Source: Ostreococcus lucimarinus (lineage: Eukaryota). From it: a stretch of 64,000 bases of DNA. Below, in pieces: positions 9,452 through 18,757 of this stretch. Both the position numbers and the translations under genes were made by a program. The stretch is from assembly GCA_000092065.1 (NCBI GenBank), contig CP000590.1. One strand, 5' to 3'. Under the pieces are notes generated by a model. The model saw nothing but the letters and a program-made list of their open reading frames with translations, was not told the origin of the DNA and searched no databases. The first letter of the stretch is position 1; each line of letters starts with the position of its first letter.

Positions 9452-9985
9452 ATGTCGCTCCACGCGTCCGCGATCGTCGCGCGCGTCGCCAAACCGTCGT
9501 CGCGCGCGCCGTCTTCGAATTCGAAGACGTCGCGTCCGCGCGCCGTCGTGCGCTGCGCCGCGCGCCGCGCTCGCGACGGCGGCGACGCGCGCGATCGTCG
9601 CGCGTTTCTTCGCGACGCCGCGCTGAGCGCGCTCGCGCTCGCGACGGGCGCGGCGCGGGCCGGGGACGACGACTCGTACGCGGGGAAACTGAGCGCGAAG
9701 GAGGCGCGCAAGGCGGAAATTCTCGCCGCGACTCGAGCGAAGGCGCGGGCGCAAGCGGCGTCGAGCGCGCCCGTGAGTTCGAACGATGGCGCGCAGAGCG
9801 CGCTGAGCGAACCGACGAGCGCGACGATGTTCCGGACGGAAGATCCGGGACGCGGCGGCGGCGCGGGGGCGCCGAACGTCGCGACGCGCGAGGCGGCGGA
9901 CGAGACGCCGGCGGCGCCGGCGACGGATGAAAAGCCCGCGGGCGGTGGAAGCGAAGGCGGTGGTTTTTTGGGAATGTTTCAATGA
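9452..9985 (+). CDS. Small putative thylakoid-lumen protein with a bipartite transit peptide including a twin-arginine (Tat) signal. The mature part is low-complexity.
   Basis: RDRRAFLRDAALSALALATGAARA|G carries the RRxFL motif, a hydrophobic core and an AxA cleavage site. The first ATG is at 9452 (the ORF-track start at 9389 is GTG). The mature region is Ala/Lys/Gly-rich, so protein identity is uncertain. Confidence 0.45.
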   Translation: MSLHASAIVARVAKPSSRAPSSNSKTSRPRAVVRCAARRARDGGDARDRRAFLRDAALSALALATGAARAGDDDSYAGKLSAKEARKAEILAATRAKARAQAASSAPVSSNDGAQSALSEPTSATMFRTEDPGRGGGAGAPNVATREAADETPAAPATDEKPAGGGSEGGGFLGMFQ

Positions 9986-10037
9986 ATGAATGTGTTTCGT
10001 CGCGTCGATGATCTAAGCTATCTACCTACTGTATGTT

Positions 10038-10907
10038 CTATCCGATGTAAAGATTGGTCGTTTGTTTCTCGCGTTCGTCCGTCTTCTGACGCTTCGGTTT
10101 CGTGTCTTTCCCGGCGGAGGCGAATAAAGCCGCGATGTTTCCGGCGTTCTTTTCGCACTCGCGCTTCGCCGGCTTCACGGCGTCTTCGTTTTGATAACTC
10201 GCTACGTTCATGCGCGTCGTCACCGGATGCCACTTCAAGACGCCCTTCATTTTCGGATCTCGCCCCTTGCGCTGTTCCGCCAGCGTCGCCCACGTCTCGT
10301 CGCGCATCCACGCTTCGAAATCATCGTCGTCCACGAGCACGAGCGGTTGCCTGTCGTGAAGCCACGCCAACTCGCCCTTCGACGAATCCATCGTCACCAC
10401 CGCCGTCTCCGCGTCGTTCCCCGCTCGCCGTTCAATCAAGCCCGCGAGCGCCATCGCCTGGCCGTCGCTCCGTCGCACCAAATACGGTTGTCTCACCGTC
10501 TTCCCGCGCGGTCCCTCGACCCGCCACTCGAAGAATCCATCGACGTACACGACGCACCGCGACGCCGCGTCTCGCGCGAGCGCCGCGAATCGCCCTCCCC
10601 TCAGCCCCTCGCCCCGCGCGTTGTACGCCATCTCGTCCCATCGCAGCGGCGCCTCGCGATTCGACGCCTCTCGTCGCCCGTCGCGCGCGACGCCCCACAG
10701 CGCGTCGTCGACGACGCACCGCGCGCGCGTCGTCTTCGCGTCGTCGTCGTCGTCGTCCCCTTTCGCGCCCTCCGCGCGTCGCGCCACGGGCACGCGCGCG
10801 CCCGGCGCCGCGTTCGGCGACGCGACGTAGCGCTCGCACGCGACGTCGCCCGCGCGCGCGCTCGCGCGGACGCGCTCGAGCGTCGCCTGCGCGATGCGAC
10901 CGCACAT
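10038..10907 (-). CDS. HMCES: SRAP-domain protein (HMCES / YedK family abasic-site processing protein).
   Basis: Starts MCGRIAQ..., with the family-defining catalytic Cys2 immediately after the initiator Met. The rest reads as an SRAP/DUF159 fold (WHPVTTRMN..., VDGFFEW) with a Lys-rich C-terminal tail. The ATG was located at 10905..10907 by hand. Confidence 0.8.
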   Translation of the reverse strand: MCGRIAQATLERVRASARAGDVACERYVASPNAAPGARVPVARRAEGAKGDDDDDDAKTTRARCVVDDALWGVARDGRREASNREAPLRWDEMAYNARGEGLRGGRFAALARDAASRCVVYVDGFFEWRVEGPRGKTVRQPYLVRRSDGQAMALAGLIERRAGNDAETAVVTMDSSKGELAWLHDRQPLVLVDDDDFEAWMRDETWATLAEQRKGRDPKMKGVLKWHPVTTRMNVASYQNEDAVKPAKRECEKNAGNIAALFASAGKDTKPKRQKTDEREKQTTNLYIG

Positions 10908-10922
10908 CGCGCGCGCCGGCGA

Positions 10923-11939
10923 ATGCCGCGACCGTCGCGCGTCGCGCGCGCGTCGTCGCGCGTCGTCGCGCGCGCGCCGACGTCGAGCGCGCGACGCGTC
11001 GAGCGCCGAGGCGCGGCGCGCGACGCGACGCTGACGCGACTCGGCGACGCGACGCTGCCGCACCCGCACGACGACCACGTCCGACTCGACGTGTACGTCG
11101 GCGCGTGTCGATGCGGACGCGCGAGCGACGCGCGCGACGTGCGATTGGTGCTGCCAGAGAGCGAGGAAGCGGTCGTGGACGTGTACGCCGCGCTGGGACG
11201 GCCGAACGATGACCCGCACTGGGCGGATTTGTGGCACGGCGGCGTGGCGCTCGCGACGAAAATCTTCGAGACGCCCGAACTCGTGCGAGGGAAGCGCGTG
11301 ATCGATTTAGGGTGCGGATTAGGGATAGCGGGGATAGCGGCGGCGATGGTCGGCGCGAGAGAGGTGGTGATGACGGATAGGGAGGAACGCGCGCTGTGGT
11401 GCGCGCTCGCGGGGTGCAAGGCGAACGGGGTGCGAGACGTGCGAGAGATGCCGGCGGTTTGGAACGCGCCGGACGATTGCGCGCTGCCGACGCTGCCGGT
11501 TTTTGATGACGTTCGCGATTGTGGGTCGGATTGCGTCGTGCGCGCGGCGAAGGTGGATTGGTTCGAGCCCGAGCTCGCGCCGGGGGGATTCGACGTCGCG
11601 TTGGCGTGCGACGTGTTGTACACCCCGGACGCCGTGGACGCCATCGCGACTTTGGTGCTGCGATTGTTCGAAGACGACGGTGGGGACGGCGGTAAAGCCA
11701 TCGGCGCGAGCTCGAGCGAGGGCGAAGGGACGTTCATGTTGGCCGATCCCCCGGGACGGTTTCCGAAGAATCACGAGCGTTTCATGTCGCTCATGGAAAA
11801 TCCGTCGCGCATCCCCGGATTCGACGGTGGCGGTCGTCGATCGATCGTGCGCGTCACATCTTCGATCGAAGAATGTTTAAACTTAGAACTCGAGACGATG
11901 GCGGTGAAATTATCGACGTACGACATCGCGTCGAGGTAG
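10923..11939 (+). CDS. Class I SAM-dependent methyltransferase, Methyltransf_16 / METTL21-FAM86-like putative protein-lysine N-methyltransferase.
   Basis: Has GKRVIDLGCGLGIAGIAAAMVGAREVVMTD (motif I plus an acidic residue at the end of beta-2) and DVALACDVLY (motif post-II). The first in-frame ATG is at 10923, only 15 bp from the divergent HMCES start, so the start is uncertain. Confidence 0.7.
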   Translation: MPRPSRVARASSRVVARAPTSSARRVERRGAARDATLTRLGDATLPHPHDDHVRLDVYVGACRCGRASDARDVRLVLPESEEAVVDVYAALGRPNDDPHWADLWHGGVALATKIFETPELVRGKRVIDLGCGLGIAGIAAAMVGAREVVMTDREERALWCALAGCKANGVRDVREMPAVWNAPDDCALPTLPVFDDVRDCGSDCVVRAAKVDWFEPELAPGGFDVALACDVLYTPDAVDAIATLVLRLFEDDGGDGGKAIGASSSEGEGTFMLADPPGRFPKNHERFMSLMENPSRIPGFDGGGRRSIVRVTSSIEECLNLELETMAVKLSTYDIASR

Positions 11940-12116
11940 CGAACGACGAGCGCGCCGAGCGTTCGCGCCGAGCCGTCTCGCGCAAACTAGTGTAGATTGA
12001 CGCAAAAAGGAACTCTGATAGATTACAAGTACTACCCATCGACCTTTTCGTTTTCACTGATCCGTTCCTGTATGGATCGTTCGCACCCCCACTATTCTAA
12101 ATTCGACCGTCAGCGC

Positions 12117-12850
12117 CTACTCGTGGTCGACGACTTCGGTTCCCAAACCTTTGAACCCGTTCGGGGTGTCGACCACGGTGACGTACGAGTAAAGATCCTC
12201 ATCCGCATCCTTGTTGTCGTTGTGCTTGCGGGAGATTTGCACGCGAATTCGCTTCGGGACCTGCGCATCATTCACGACGAGCGTTCGCATCTTCGTCAGT
12301 CTCCGTCTCGTCGTCGCCTTCGAGTTCCTCTAGGGTCGCGCGTCGCGTCGCTCGTCGTCGTCATCATCCCATCCGCGTCCGTTCGCTTCGCCGATCACGC
12401 ACGTTACGAATGCCCTTGCTCCACACCGCCTTATTAAGCTTCACATCGATCCGCACGTCCGACGTCTTCATCGTCTTTTGCGCAAACTTTTTAATCTACG
12501 TCCGTCGCACACGCATCGTCGCGCGGTCAGTCATCGATCGCACTCATCCTCCCGTCCGCGCGCATCCGCGCGTCCGCGCCCCTCGCGCGACGCCCGATCG
12601 TTCGCGCGCATTTCGATCGACCGTATCCGTCCGTCTCGTCGCGTTCGCGTCCTCGCGCGCGCGTCCGCGCGCGTTCGCGCGTCGCGTCGCGCATCCATTC
12701 TAGGGTCTCGTCGCGCGCGCGCGATCGAGCACGCACCGCCGCGACCGCGCGAGGCGCGCGCTTCTTGAACGTCACGCCGGTGATGGCCTTGCCGAGGTTG
12801 ATGGTGTACTCGCGCGTGATGACGTCGGCGGGCTTGGATTCGCGGCCCAT
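12117..12850 (-). CDS. RPL31: 60S ribosomal protein L31 (eL31), three exons: 12737..12850, 12403..12495 and 12117..12260. Introns are 12496..12736 (241 nt) and 12261..12402 (142 nt), both phase 0 and both with GTGCGT donors.
   Basis: The spliced product is [38 protein letters not shown]|[31 protein letters not shown]|[47 protein letters not shown]. It aligns residue for residue with human RPL31 (…[76 protein letters not shown]…). Acceptors are cgtag| and gcgcag|. Total length is 116 aa. Confidence 0.9.
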
Positions 12851-13162
12851 CGTGCGTGACGCGCGTCGTGAAGAGACGGCGCGCGCGCGCGCGCCATCGA
12901 CCTCGTCCAGGCGGGTCCGAGTCTTCGGTCGAGTCGAAACTCGTCGGGGGAGGGGGTCGCAGTATTGTGGATCGCGAACGCCCATCATCATATCTACAGA
13001 ATGGATTGACATTCGGGGCGTGCTGACTGTTTGCGCATACTGCGGGACGGGTCGAGACGCGGACGGCCGCGCGCGCGCGCGGACGCGGATCGCGTCGACG
13101 ACGTCGACGTCGAGACGTCGAGACGCCACCGTCCGAGGCGACGTCGACGTCCGAGGCGGTGG

Positions 13163-14017
13163 TCACGCGGCGTGGACGTCGGGATCGGGACGCGCGTGAC
13201 GCTCGGCGAGCGTCGGCGCGAGCTCGTCCTCGAGCATCGGTTCGCTGTCGGAATCGCCGTCGGAATAGCTCGGCGGCTTGGCGCTTGACGTTGCCGATGC
13301 GCGAGCGTTCGACGCGAGCGCCGGCGCGGACGAGGGGCGGTCGTCGAAACCGTCGGCGTCGGCGTCCGAGTCGTCGCCGTCGCCGGTTTTCTCGGGCACG
13401 TCCGCGGGACGCATGAATCCGCTCGTCGCGCGCACCGTGGTGGTGGTGCCGTCGCTGTCGATCATGACGAGCAGTTTGGGGTACTCGTCCGCGTCGCCGC
13501 GCTCGATGTCGACGGGTTTCGGCGCGCGACGCGACGCGTCCGCGTCCGCGTCCCCGTCGCTCGCCGCCCACGGCCACGGCTCGGCGTCCCGCCGTCCCAT
13601 CCTCGTCACCTCGTCCAGGAGCGCGGGCGTGAAGCATCCTCGACTCACCGCGAACGGTACCGCGATCGTGCGCCGCCTCGTCGGTCGCGGTTCGCCCGCG
13701 CGACGCTCGCGCGGCGGGTCCAGCGGTTCGCACAGCAACACCGCCGCGCCTTCCGCCGCGCCGTTGGCGCGCCTGGGCGCGACGTCGCGCCACAGACCGC
13801 TTCGCATGAGACTGACGTACGCGCCGTACGCTTCGGCGTCGTCGGCGAGCCCGCGCGCGCGCGCGAGGCGCGATTTCGACGCCGCCGCGCGCTGGGCGTC
13901 GTCTTCGGCGTTCGCCGTCGTCGCGTCGCGCGACGACGACGCGCGCAGGGCGCGCGCGAAGTCGTCGTACGGCATCGTTGGCGCCACGGCGCTCGCGCGC
14001 GACGCGGGCGTCGCCAT
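13163..14017 (-). CDS. Hypothetical protein (284 aa) with an acidic, Ser/Asp-rich C-terminal half.
   Basis: The minus-strand ORF has moderately diverse composition (W, Y, F, M, K: ...RTIAVPFAVSRGCFTPALLDEVTRMGRRDAEPWPWAASDGD..., YPKLLVMIDSDGTTTTVRATSGFMRPADVPEK). The overlapping plus ORF is Ser/Ala-rich low complexity. No family was recognised. Confidence 0.35.
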   Translation of the reverse strand: MATPASRASAVAPTMPYDDFARALRASSSRDATTANAEDDAQRAAASKSRLARARGLADDAEAYGAYVSLMRSGLWRDVAPRRANGAAEGAAVLLCEPLDPPRERRAGEPRPTRRRTIAVPFAVSRGCFTPALLDEVTRMGRRDAEPWPWAASDGDADADASRRAPKPVDIERGDADEYPKLLVMIDSDGTTTTVRATSGFMRPADVPEKTGDGDDSDADADGFDDRPSSAPALASNARASATSSAKPPSYSDGDSDSEPMLEDELAPTLAERHARPDPDVHAA

Positions 14018-14151
14018 GTCGCCGGCGCGGGTCGCGGCGGCGACGAATGCGGCGTCGCGCGAGGACGAAGCGGCGCCCGTCGCCCGCGCCTATTCATACA
14101 TGCCTATTCACTCCACTACCGCGACGTTCTAAAACCCGTCGAAGGTTCGCG

Positions 14152-14904
14152 CTACTTTTTCTTTCGCTTCATCTCCGCCACGCGCTTGCGCACGAAGGCT
14201 GCCCTGAGCTTTTCGCGCGCGCCCTCGAGCGCTTCGCGCTCGCGTCGCTTCGCCGCCTCCACCGCGTCCCGTTCGCGTTCCGTCTCGCGCTCGATGTCGA
14301 ACACCACCCGCCGCGCCTCCGCCGCGCGTTCCGCGTCGCGCTCTTCGTTTTCGATCTCGCGCTCCCACCTCCGACGCTCGAGCTCGCGTCGCGCGTCGTC
14401 CGAAACCATGTCGCCCGCCGACGCGACGGCGTCGCGCGCGTCTCGCGCGCCGCGCGCCTCCACCGCGCCCCCGTCCCGTCCCTCCCGAGTCTTCGCCGCG
14501 AAATCCACCTCGTATTCGCTCGCCTCGCCCAGCGTCTCGCGTCCGCCCGCGACGAGTCGGTCGTACAGCGCCGCCTTTTTCTCCAGCGCCGCCGCCCGCT
14601 CGACGCCGCCGCCGCGCCGCGCCGCCCGCCGCGCCTCCTCGTCCCTCGCCGCGCGCGCCCGCACGCCCGCGTTCGAGCGCTCCGTCGCGCGTCGTTTTCG
14701 CCCGACCGCTTCGCGCGCGTCGCGCCCGCGTCGCGACGCTTCGCGCGCGCGCATCATCGTCGCGCGCAGCGTCACGAGCGACGCGTCGTCGACGCGCTCG
14801 ATCGCGCGCGCCGCGCGCGGCATCGCGGACGACGACGCGCGCCATCCGTAATCGACCCCGCGCGCGTCCGCGCGCGCGCCGCGATCGCGCGCGCCGCTCG
14901 ACAT
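14152..14904 (-). CDS. Hypothetical Glu/Arg/Ala-rich coiled-coil protein with a Lys-rich C-terminus (250 aa). Possibly a nuclear or splicing-associated coiled-coil protein.
   Basis: ERE/RRE heptad-like charged repeats (ELERRRWEREIENEERDAERAAEARRVVFDIERETERERDAVEAAKRREREALEGAREKLRAAFVRKRVAEMKRKKK). The N-terminal portion contains YGW and LYDRLVAGG. The opposite-strand ORFs are R-rich artefacts. Confidence 0.4.
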   Translation of the reverse strand: MSSGARDRGARADARGVDYGWRASSSAMPRAARAIERVDDASLVTLRATMMRAREASRRGRDAREAVGRKRRATERSNAGVRARAARDEEARRAARRGGGVERAAALEKKAALYDRLVAGGRETLGEASEYEVDFAAKTREGRDGGAVEARGARDARDAVASAGDMVSDDARRELERRRWEREIENEERDAERAAEARRVVFDIERETERERDAVEAAKRREREALEGAREKLRAAFVRKRVAEMKRKKK

Positions 14905-15185
14905 CGCGCGTCGACGAGTGTCACAGCGCGACGGCTCGAGCGTCGCGTCGACTCGACGCCCGATGCCTCGCGCGCGGCGTCGCGCGCGCGCCGCGATCGC
15001 GATCGCGATCGCGGCGCTCGCGCTCGAGACGCGCGGCGCGCGCGGCGACGACGACGCGCGCGCGCGCGCGGTTCGGTGCGTCGACGCGATGGCGGACGCG
15101 ACGACGACGACGCGACGCGACGACGACGCGACGCGCGAAGACTGACGACGAACGACGCGACGCGACCGATCGCAGCGAACGCGTG

Positions 15186-16487
15186 ATGCGCCGACCGGAC
15201 GCGCGAACGACGTCGCTCAGGATCGGATTCGGGTCGTGCAACAAACAATCGCTGGACATGACGCTGCTGTGGCCGGACGTCGCGCGCGAGGAATACGACG
15301 CGTTCGCGTGGATCGGAGACGCGGTGTACGCGGACGAACGGGTGAAACTGGCGAATGGGGAACGGACGCGACGGTATTTGGGGGAGAAAGCGCACGAGGA
15401 GGCGTACGAGAGGGTGAAGAGGGACGAGGCGTACGCGGCGGTGCGGAGGCGAGCGGACGTCGTCGGGACGTGGGATGATCACGATTATGGGTTTAATAAC
15501 GCGGGGAAACACTGGTCGCGCAAGGCGTTCGCGAAGAAGGCGTTTTTGGACTTCTTGGACGAACCGGTCGGGAGCGAGCGGCGCACGCGCGAGGGCGGGG
15601 TGTGGGACTCGGTGGATTACGTGGACGAGGCGAGCGGGCGACGAGCGCGGGTGATTTTGTTGGATTTGCGTTGGGATTTGGAAGAACCGGACGAGGTGAG
15701 CGAGGGGAAGATGATGAGCGAGACGCAGTGGGCGTGGTTCGAAACGCAGCTCGCGGCGGAACCGAAACCCGAGGTGACGATCGTGGGGAGTGGGATTCAA
15801 GTCATAGAGGCGCCGCACTTGATGTTGCGGCCGCTGGCGCCGTACGTCGAGCCGGCTCGACTCGTCGCCGAAGGCTTAGAGAGTTGGTCGCGCGTTCCTC
15901 GCGAGCAATCGAGATTGTTTGATACGATCAAACGAACGGGTGCGCGCGTGGTTTTCATGTCCGGCGACGTGCACCACGGACAAATCGCCGCGGCGGCGCC
16001 GGGATGTTACCTGCCGTACAAAACCATCGACATCACCTCGAGCGGGTTCACGCACACCCCGTTCAGGGACGCGAAGCCGTGGCCGTTGGCTCTGTTCTTG
16101 CGCCTCGCGACGCCGAAGTACTTTCGTCAATGGATTCTCCCCTCGTACACGCGTTGGACGGACATCAACTACGGCGAAATCGAAATCGATTGGGCGCGAG
16201 GCGCCGTCTTCGCTCGCATCAAGAGCGTCGGCGGCAAAGTCGCGCTCGAAGAATCCGTGACGTTCGCCGAGCTCGATGAAAACGTCCCAGATCTCGGGTT
16301 CGATCGTGCTGGATGCAACTTGACGCTCGAAATGAGTCCAAAAATGCGCGCCTTTCGCATCGTCGTCTTCTTCACCTGGCTCGCGGGCGTGTACGCGTTC
16401 AAATTCTTGGCGCCGATTTTCGTCGCCGCGTACGCGGTCCGGAAAGCGCGAAGATACGCGCGCGCGCGCGGCTTGAAGCAAGATTGA
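15186..16487 (+). CDS. PhoD-like / calcineurin-like metallophosphatase with a C-terminal transmembrane anchor.
   Basis: Has the metallophosphoesterase/PhoD motifs IGFGSCN, WIGDAVYAD, GTWDDHDYGFNNAG and VVFMSGDVHHG. A C-terminal hydrophobic segment FRIVVFFTWLAGVYAFKFLAPIFVAAYAV is present. The ATG is at 15186. Confidence 0.8.
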   Translation: MRRPDARTTSLRIGFGSCNKQSLDMTLLWPDVAREEYDAFAWIGDAVYADERVKLANGERTRRYLGEKAHEEAYERVKRDEAYAAVRRRADVVGTWDDHDYGFNNAGKHWSRKAFAKKAFLDFLDEPVGSERRTREGGVWDSVDYVDEASGRRARVILLDLRWDLEEPDEVSEGKMMSETQWAWFETQLAAEPKPEVTIVGSGIQVIEAPHLMLRPLAPYVEPARLVAEGLESWSRVPREQSRLFDTIKRTGARVVFMSGDVHHGQIAAAAPGCYLPYKTIDITSSGFTHTPFRDAKPWPLALFLRLATPKYFRQWILPSYTRWTDINYGEIEIDWARGAVFARIKSVGGKVALEESVTFAELDENVPDLGFDRAGCNLTLEMSPKMRAFRIVVFFTWLAGVYAFKFLAPIFVAAYAVRKARRYARARGLKQD

Positions 16488-16546
16488 TGAAGAATTGATA
16501 AAGAATTGATGAAGAATTGATGAAGACTTGATAAAGAATACTGAAT
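16485..16546. repeat. Imperfect 11-bp tandem repeat (TGATGAAGAAT / TGATAAAGAAT), about 5 copies, starting at the PhoD-like stop codon and extending into the 3' flank.
   Basis: Direct inspection: tgaagaattgataaagaattgatgaagaattgatgaagacttgataaagaat. Confidence 0.8.
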
Positions 16547-16575
16547 GTGTGAAATATAGCTACCATACCTAACGC

Positions 16576-17502
16576 CTACAACCTGCTCCTCGCCTTGTCC
16601 TTTGAAAGTTTCTTGACGTCACCCCTGCGAACGTCCCAGCCCGCGGACTCCGATCCGGGCGCGAGCAAACGCTTTGGCTCCACGTCCGGATTGCACCGAT
16701 ACTTGACGAAATCTTCTGGAAACTTCGCCCCTCGCGTTTGCAAGTACTCGTCGTCGATCAACGTTTGCCCCGTCGTGTGCGCGTCGCAACACAGCTCCAC
16801 GACGCAATCCGCCAAGATGTCCGCCTTGCGCCAGTTATCCCGCGACCCGAGCTCAAAATTCTCGCTCGCCAGGCTCTCCACGATCGTCGCCGGCCACAGC
16901 GCGTTCCCGGTGACGCCGTATTTCTCTCCCTCCGCCGCCGCGCCGAGCGCCACCATGCTCATCCCGCACTTGGACATGTAATACGCCGTCTTCGTCTCGT
17001 ACTCCTTATAGCTCTTCGGCAGCGGCGGTCCCATCGAGATCACCCGTCCGCCTCGCCCGCCCGCTCGCATCTCCCGCAGGCACGCCCGCGTCAGCACGAA
17101 CGCCCCTCGCGCGTTCACCCCCTGTATCAAATCGTACTTCTTCGTCGGCGTGTCCTCGATGTCTTGCCACCACAGCGCGCTCGCGTTGTTCACCAGCACG
17201 TCGATGCGGCCGTACCTCGCCTTCGCTCGCGCCACGCACGCCAGAATCGACGCCTCGTCCAGCAGATTCACGACGCATCCCATCGCGCGCGCGCCGTGCG
17301 TCGCCACCGCGTCGCACTCGCGCGCGACGCCGTGCACCGTCCCGGGAAGCGTCGCCGACTCGGTCGCGCTCTTCGCCGCGACGACGACGTTGACGCCGCG
17401 CCGCGCGAGCGCGAGCGCGCACGCGCGGCCGATCCCGCGCGACGCGCCGGAGACGACCGCCACCTTACCCGCGAGCGCGTCGGCGGCGGCGTCGCGCGGC
17501 AT
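16576..17502 (-). CDS. HSDL2: Short-chain dehydrogenase/reductase, HSDL2-like (hydroxysteroid dehydrogenase-like 2 SDR domain, no SCP2 extension).
   Basis: VAVVSGASRGIGRACALALARRGVNVVVAAK (TGxxxGIG), NNASAL, YxxxK (YYMSKCGMSMVALGAAAE) and NALWPAT motifs are present. There is strong block-wise similarity to human HSDL2 throughout. Confidence 0.85.
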   Translation of the reverse strand: MPRDAAADALAGKVAVVSGASRGIGRACALALARRGVNVVVAAKSATESATLPGTVHGVARECDAVATHGARAMGCVVNLLDEASILACVARAKARYGRIDVLVNNASALWWQDIEDTPTKKYDLIQGVNARGAFVLTRACLREMRAGGRGGRVISMGPPLPKSYKEYETKTAYYMSKCGMSMVALGAAAEGEKYGVTGNALWPATIVESLASENFELGSRDNWRKADILADCVVELCCDAHTTGQTLIDDEYLQTRGAKFPEDFVKYRCNPDVEPKRLLAPGSESAGWDVRRGDVKKLSKDKARSRL

Positions 17503-17633
17503 GTCGCCGACGACGTCCCGCGCGCGTCGCGCGGCTCGCTCGTCGGCGTCGGCGTCGACGCGCGCGTCGATTCGCGACGGGCGCGGCGACGAGTGACGTC
17601 GATCGACAGCGCGCGACGCGCGCGCGCGACGCG

Positions 17634-18734
17634 ATGCGGGCGCCGCGCGCGACGGCGACGGCGACGGCGACGACGGCGGCGCGCGCGACGATTCGCGCGA
17701 CGACGCGCGCGCGCGCGACGGCGCGCGCGACGGCGGGCGCGGTGCTGCGCATCGCGACGCTCGGGGACGGCGACGACGCGGTCGCGCTCGTCAGCGACGC
17801 GACGGGGACGCTGCGCGCGGTGCGCGGGAATGAGAGCGACGCGCGCGCGTGCGCGCTGCGAGGGCTGGGCGCGAGCGCGGCGACGCGAGGACCGTTTTGG
17901 TCGATGGCGAGCGCGGGCGCGGCGAACGCGAACGGGACGGCGCGCGCGCTGGTCGGGACGAGCGGGAAGCACCTCGCGACGTGCGTCGTGGACGCGCGCG
18001 ACGGCAGAGAGACGATTGAGGTGCGCGCGGAGGGCGACGCGCTCGGGCCGCACACGGGGTACGTGCGGGACGTGGCGACGACGCGAGACGGGCGAACGGC
18101 GTGGAGCTGCGCGTGCAACTTCGCGCCGAAGTGGACGCGCGGCGAAGACGGGACGTGGACGGCGGCGGCGGCGCGCGAGACGCTGCGGTTGTTCACGGGC
18201 GATATACTGCGCCTGTGCGTGCTCGAGGATGGCGATGACGTCACCGTGTTCTGCGGCGTCGCCGACGGGACGGTGCGGGCGTTCGACGCGTCGACGACGA
18301 CGCCGCGGGATTTGGGCGCGGTCGGCGGCGACGCGAGCGCGACGAGAGGTCGAGTATCGGCGCTGTGCGTCGTCGATGGACGTTGGTTGGTCTCGGGGAG
18401 TCACGACGGGCGCGTGCTCGTGCACGACGCGCGAACGCCGTCGTCGCCCGCCGTCGCCGAGATTGAACGTCTGGACGGCAAAGTGCACGACATCTTAGCG
18501 CTCGACGACGGACGCGTGCTCGTCGCGGGTGAATTCGGGATCGAGGTGTTCGAAAATGCGCCCGAACTCGCGCCGTTGCGCGGCGATGAGGACGACGAGG
18601 AAATGTTTGGGCGGTTTCGCTCGCTCGCGATTCGCGCGCTCGCAAAGACTTCGTCTCGACTCTTCGTCGGCGCGGCGTCGGGAGAAGTGACGGCGATCAG
18701 ACTCGACCGCGAACGTAGATCTAGATCTAGATAG
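17634..18734 (+). CDS. WD40-repeat-like protein (366 aa). The start and N-terminal Ala/Arg/Thr-rich region are uncertain.
   Basis: Repeated WD-like units occur: GHTGYVRDVATTRDGRTAWSCACNF, CGVADGTVRAFD and SGSHDGRVLVHD. The opposite-strand ORF is Arg-rich low complexity. Confidence 0.5.
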   Translation: MRAPRATATATATTAARATIRATTRARATARATAGAVLRIATLGDGDDAVALVSDATGTLRAVRGNESDARACALRGLGASAATRGPFWSMASAGAANANGTARALVGTSGKHLATCVVDARDGRETIEVRAEGDALGPHTGYVRDVATTRDGRTAWSCACNFAPKWTRGEDGTWTAAAARETLRLFTGDILRLCVLEDGDDVTVFCGVADGTVRAFDASTTTPRDLGAVGGDASATRGRVSALCVVDGRWLVSGSHDGRVLVHDARTPSSPAVAEIERLDGKVHDILALDDGRVLVAGEFGIEVFENAPELAPLRGDEDDEEMFGRFRSLAIRALAKTSSRLFVGAASGEVTAIRLDRERRSRSR

Positions 18735-18757
18735 TCATTCATTAGCGTTACGTAGCT

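Noticed and set aside
10601-11737. 378-aa minus ORF antisense to the methyltransferase gene
   Set aside because: Ser/Thr/Arg/Ala low complexity with no domain. The opposite strand carries a clear Methyltransf_16 core.
12531-13793. 420-aa minus-strand Arg-rich ORF overlapping RPL31 exon 1 and the downstream hypothetical gene
   Set aside because: It is poly-Arg/Ala/Gly low complexity in a different frame from the validated RPL31 exons.
13978-15818. 402-aa plus ORF (13978..15186) and 348-aa minus ORF (14772..15818) rich in Arg/Pro/Leu
   Set aside because: They overlap the better-supported coiled-coil gene and PhoD-like gene, in other frames or strands. They are low complexity with no motifs.
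16738-18498. 586-aa plus-strand ORF and 406-aa minus ORF (17268..18488) overlapping the SDR and WD40 genes
   Set aside because: Arg/Ala-dominated translations antisense or out of frame relative to homology-supported genes.
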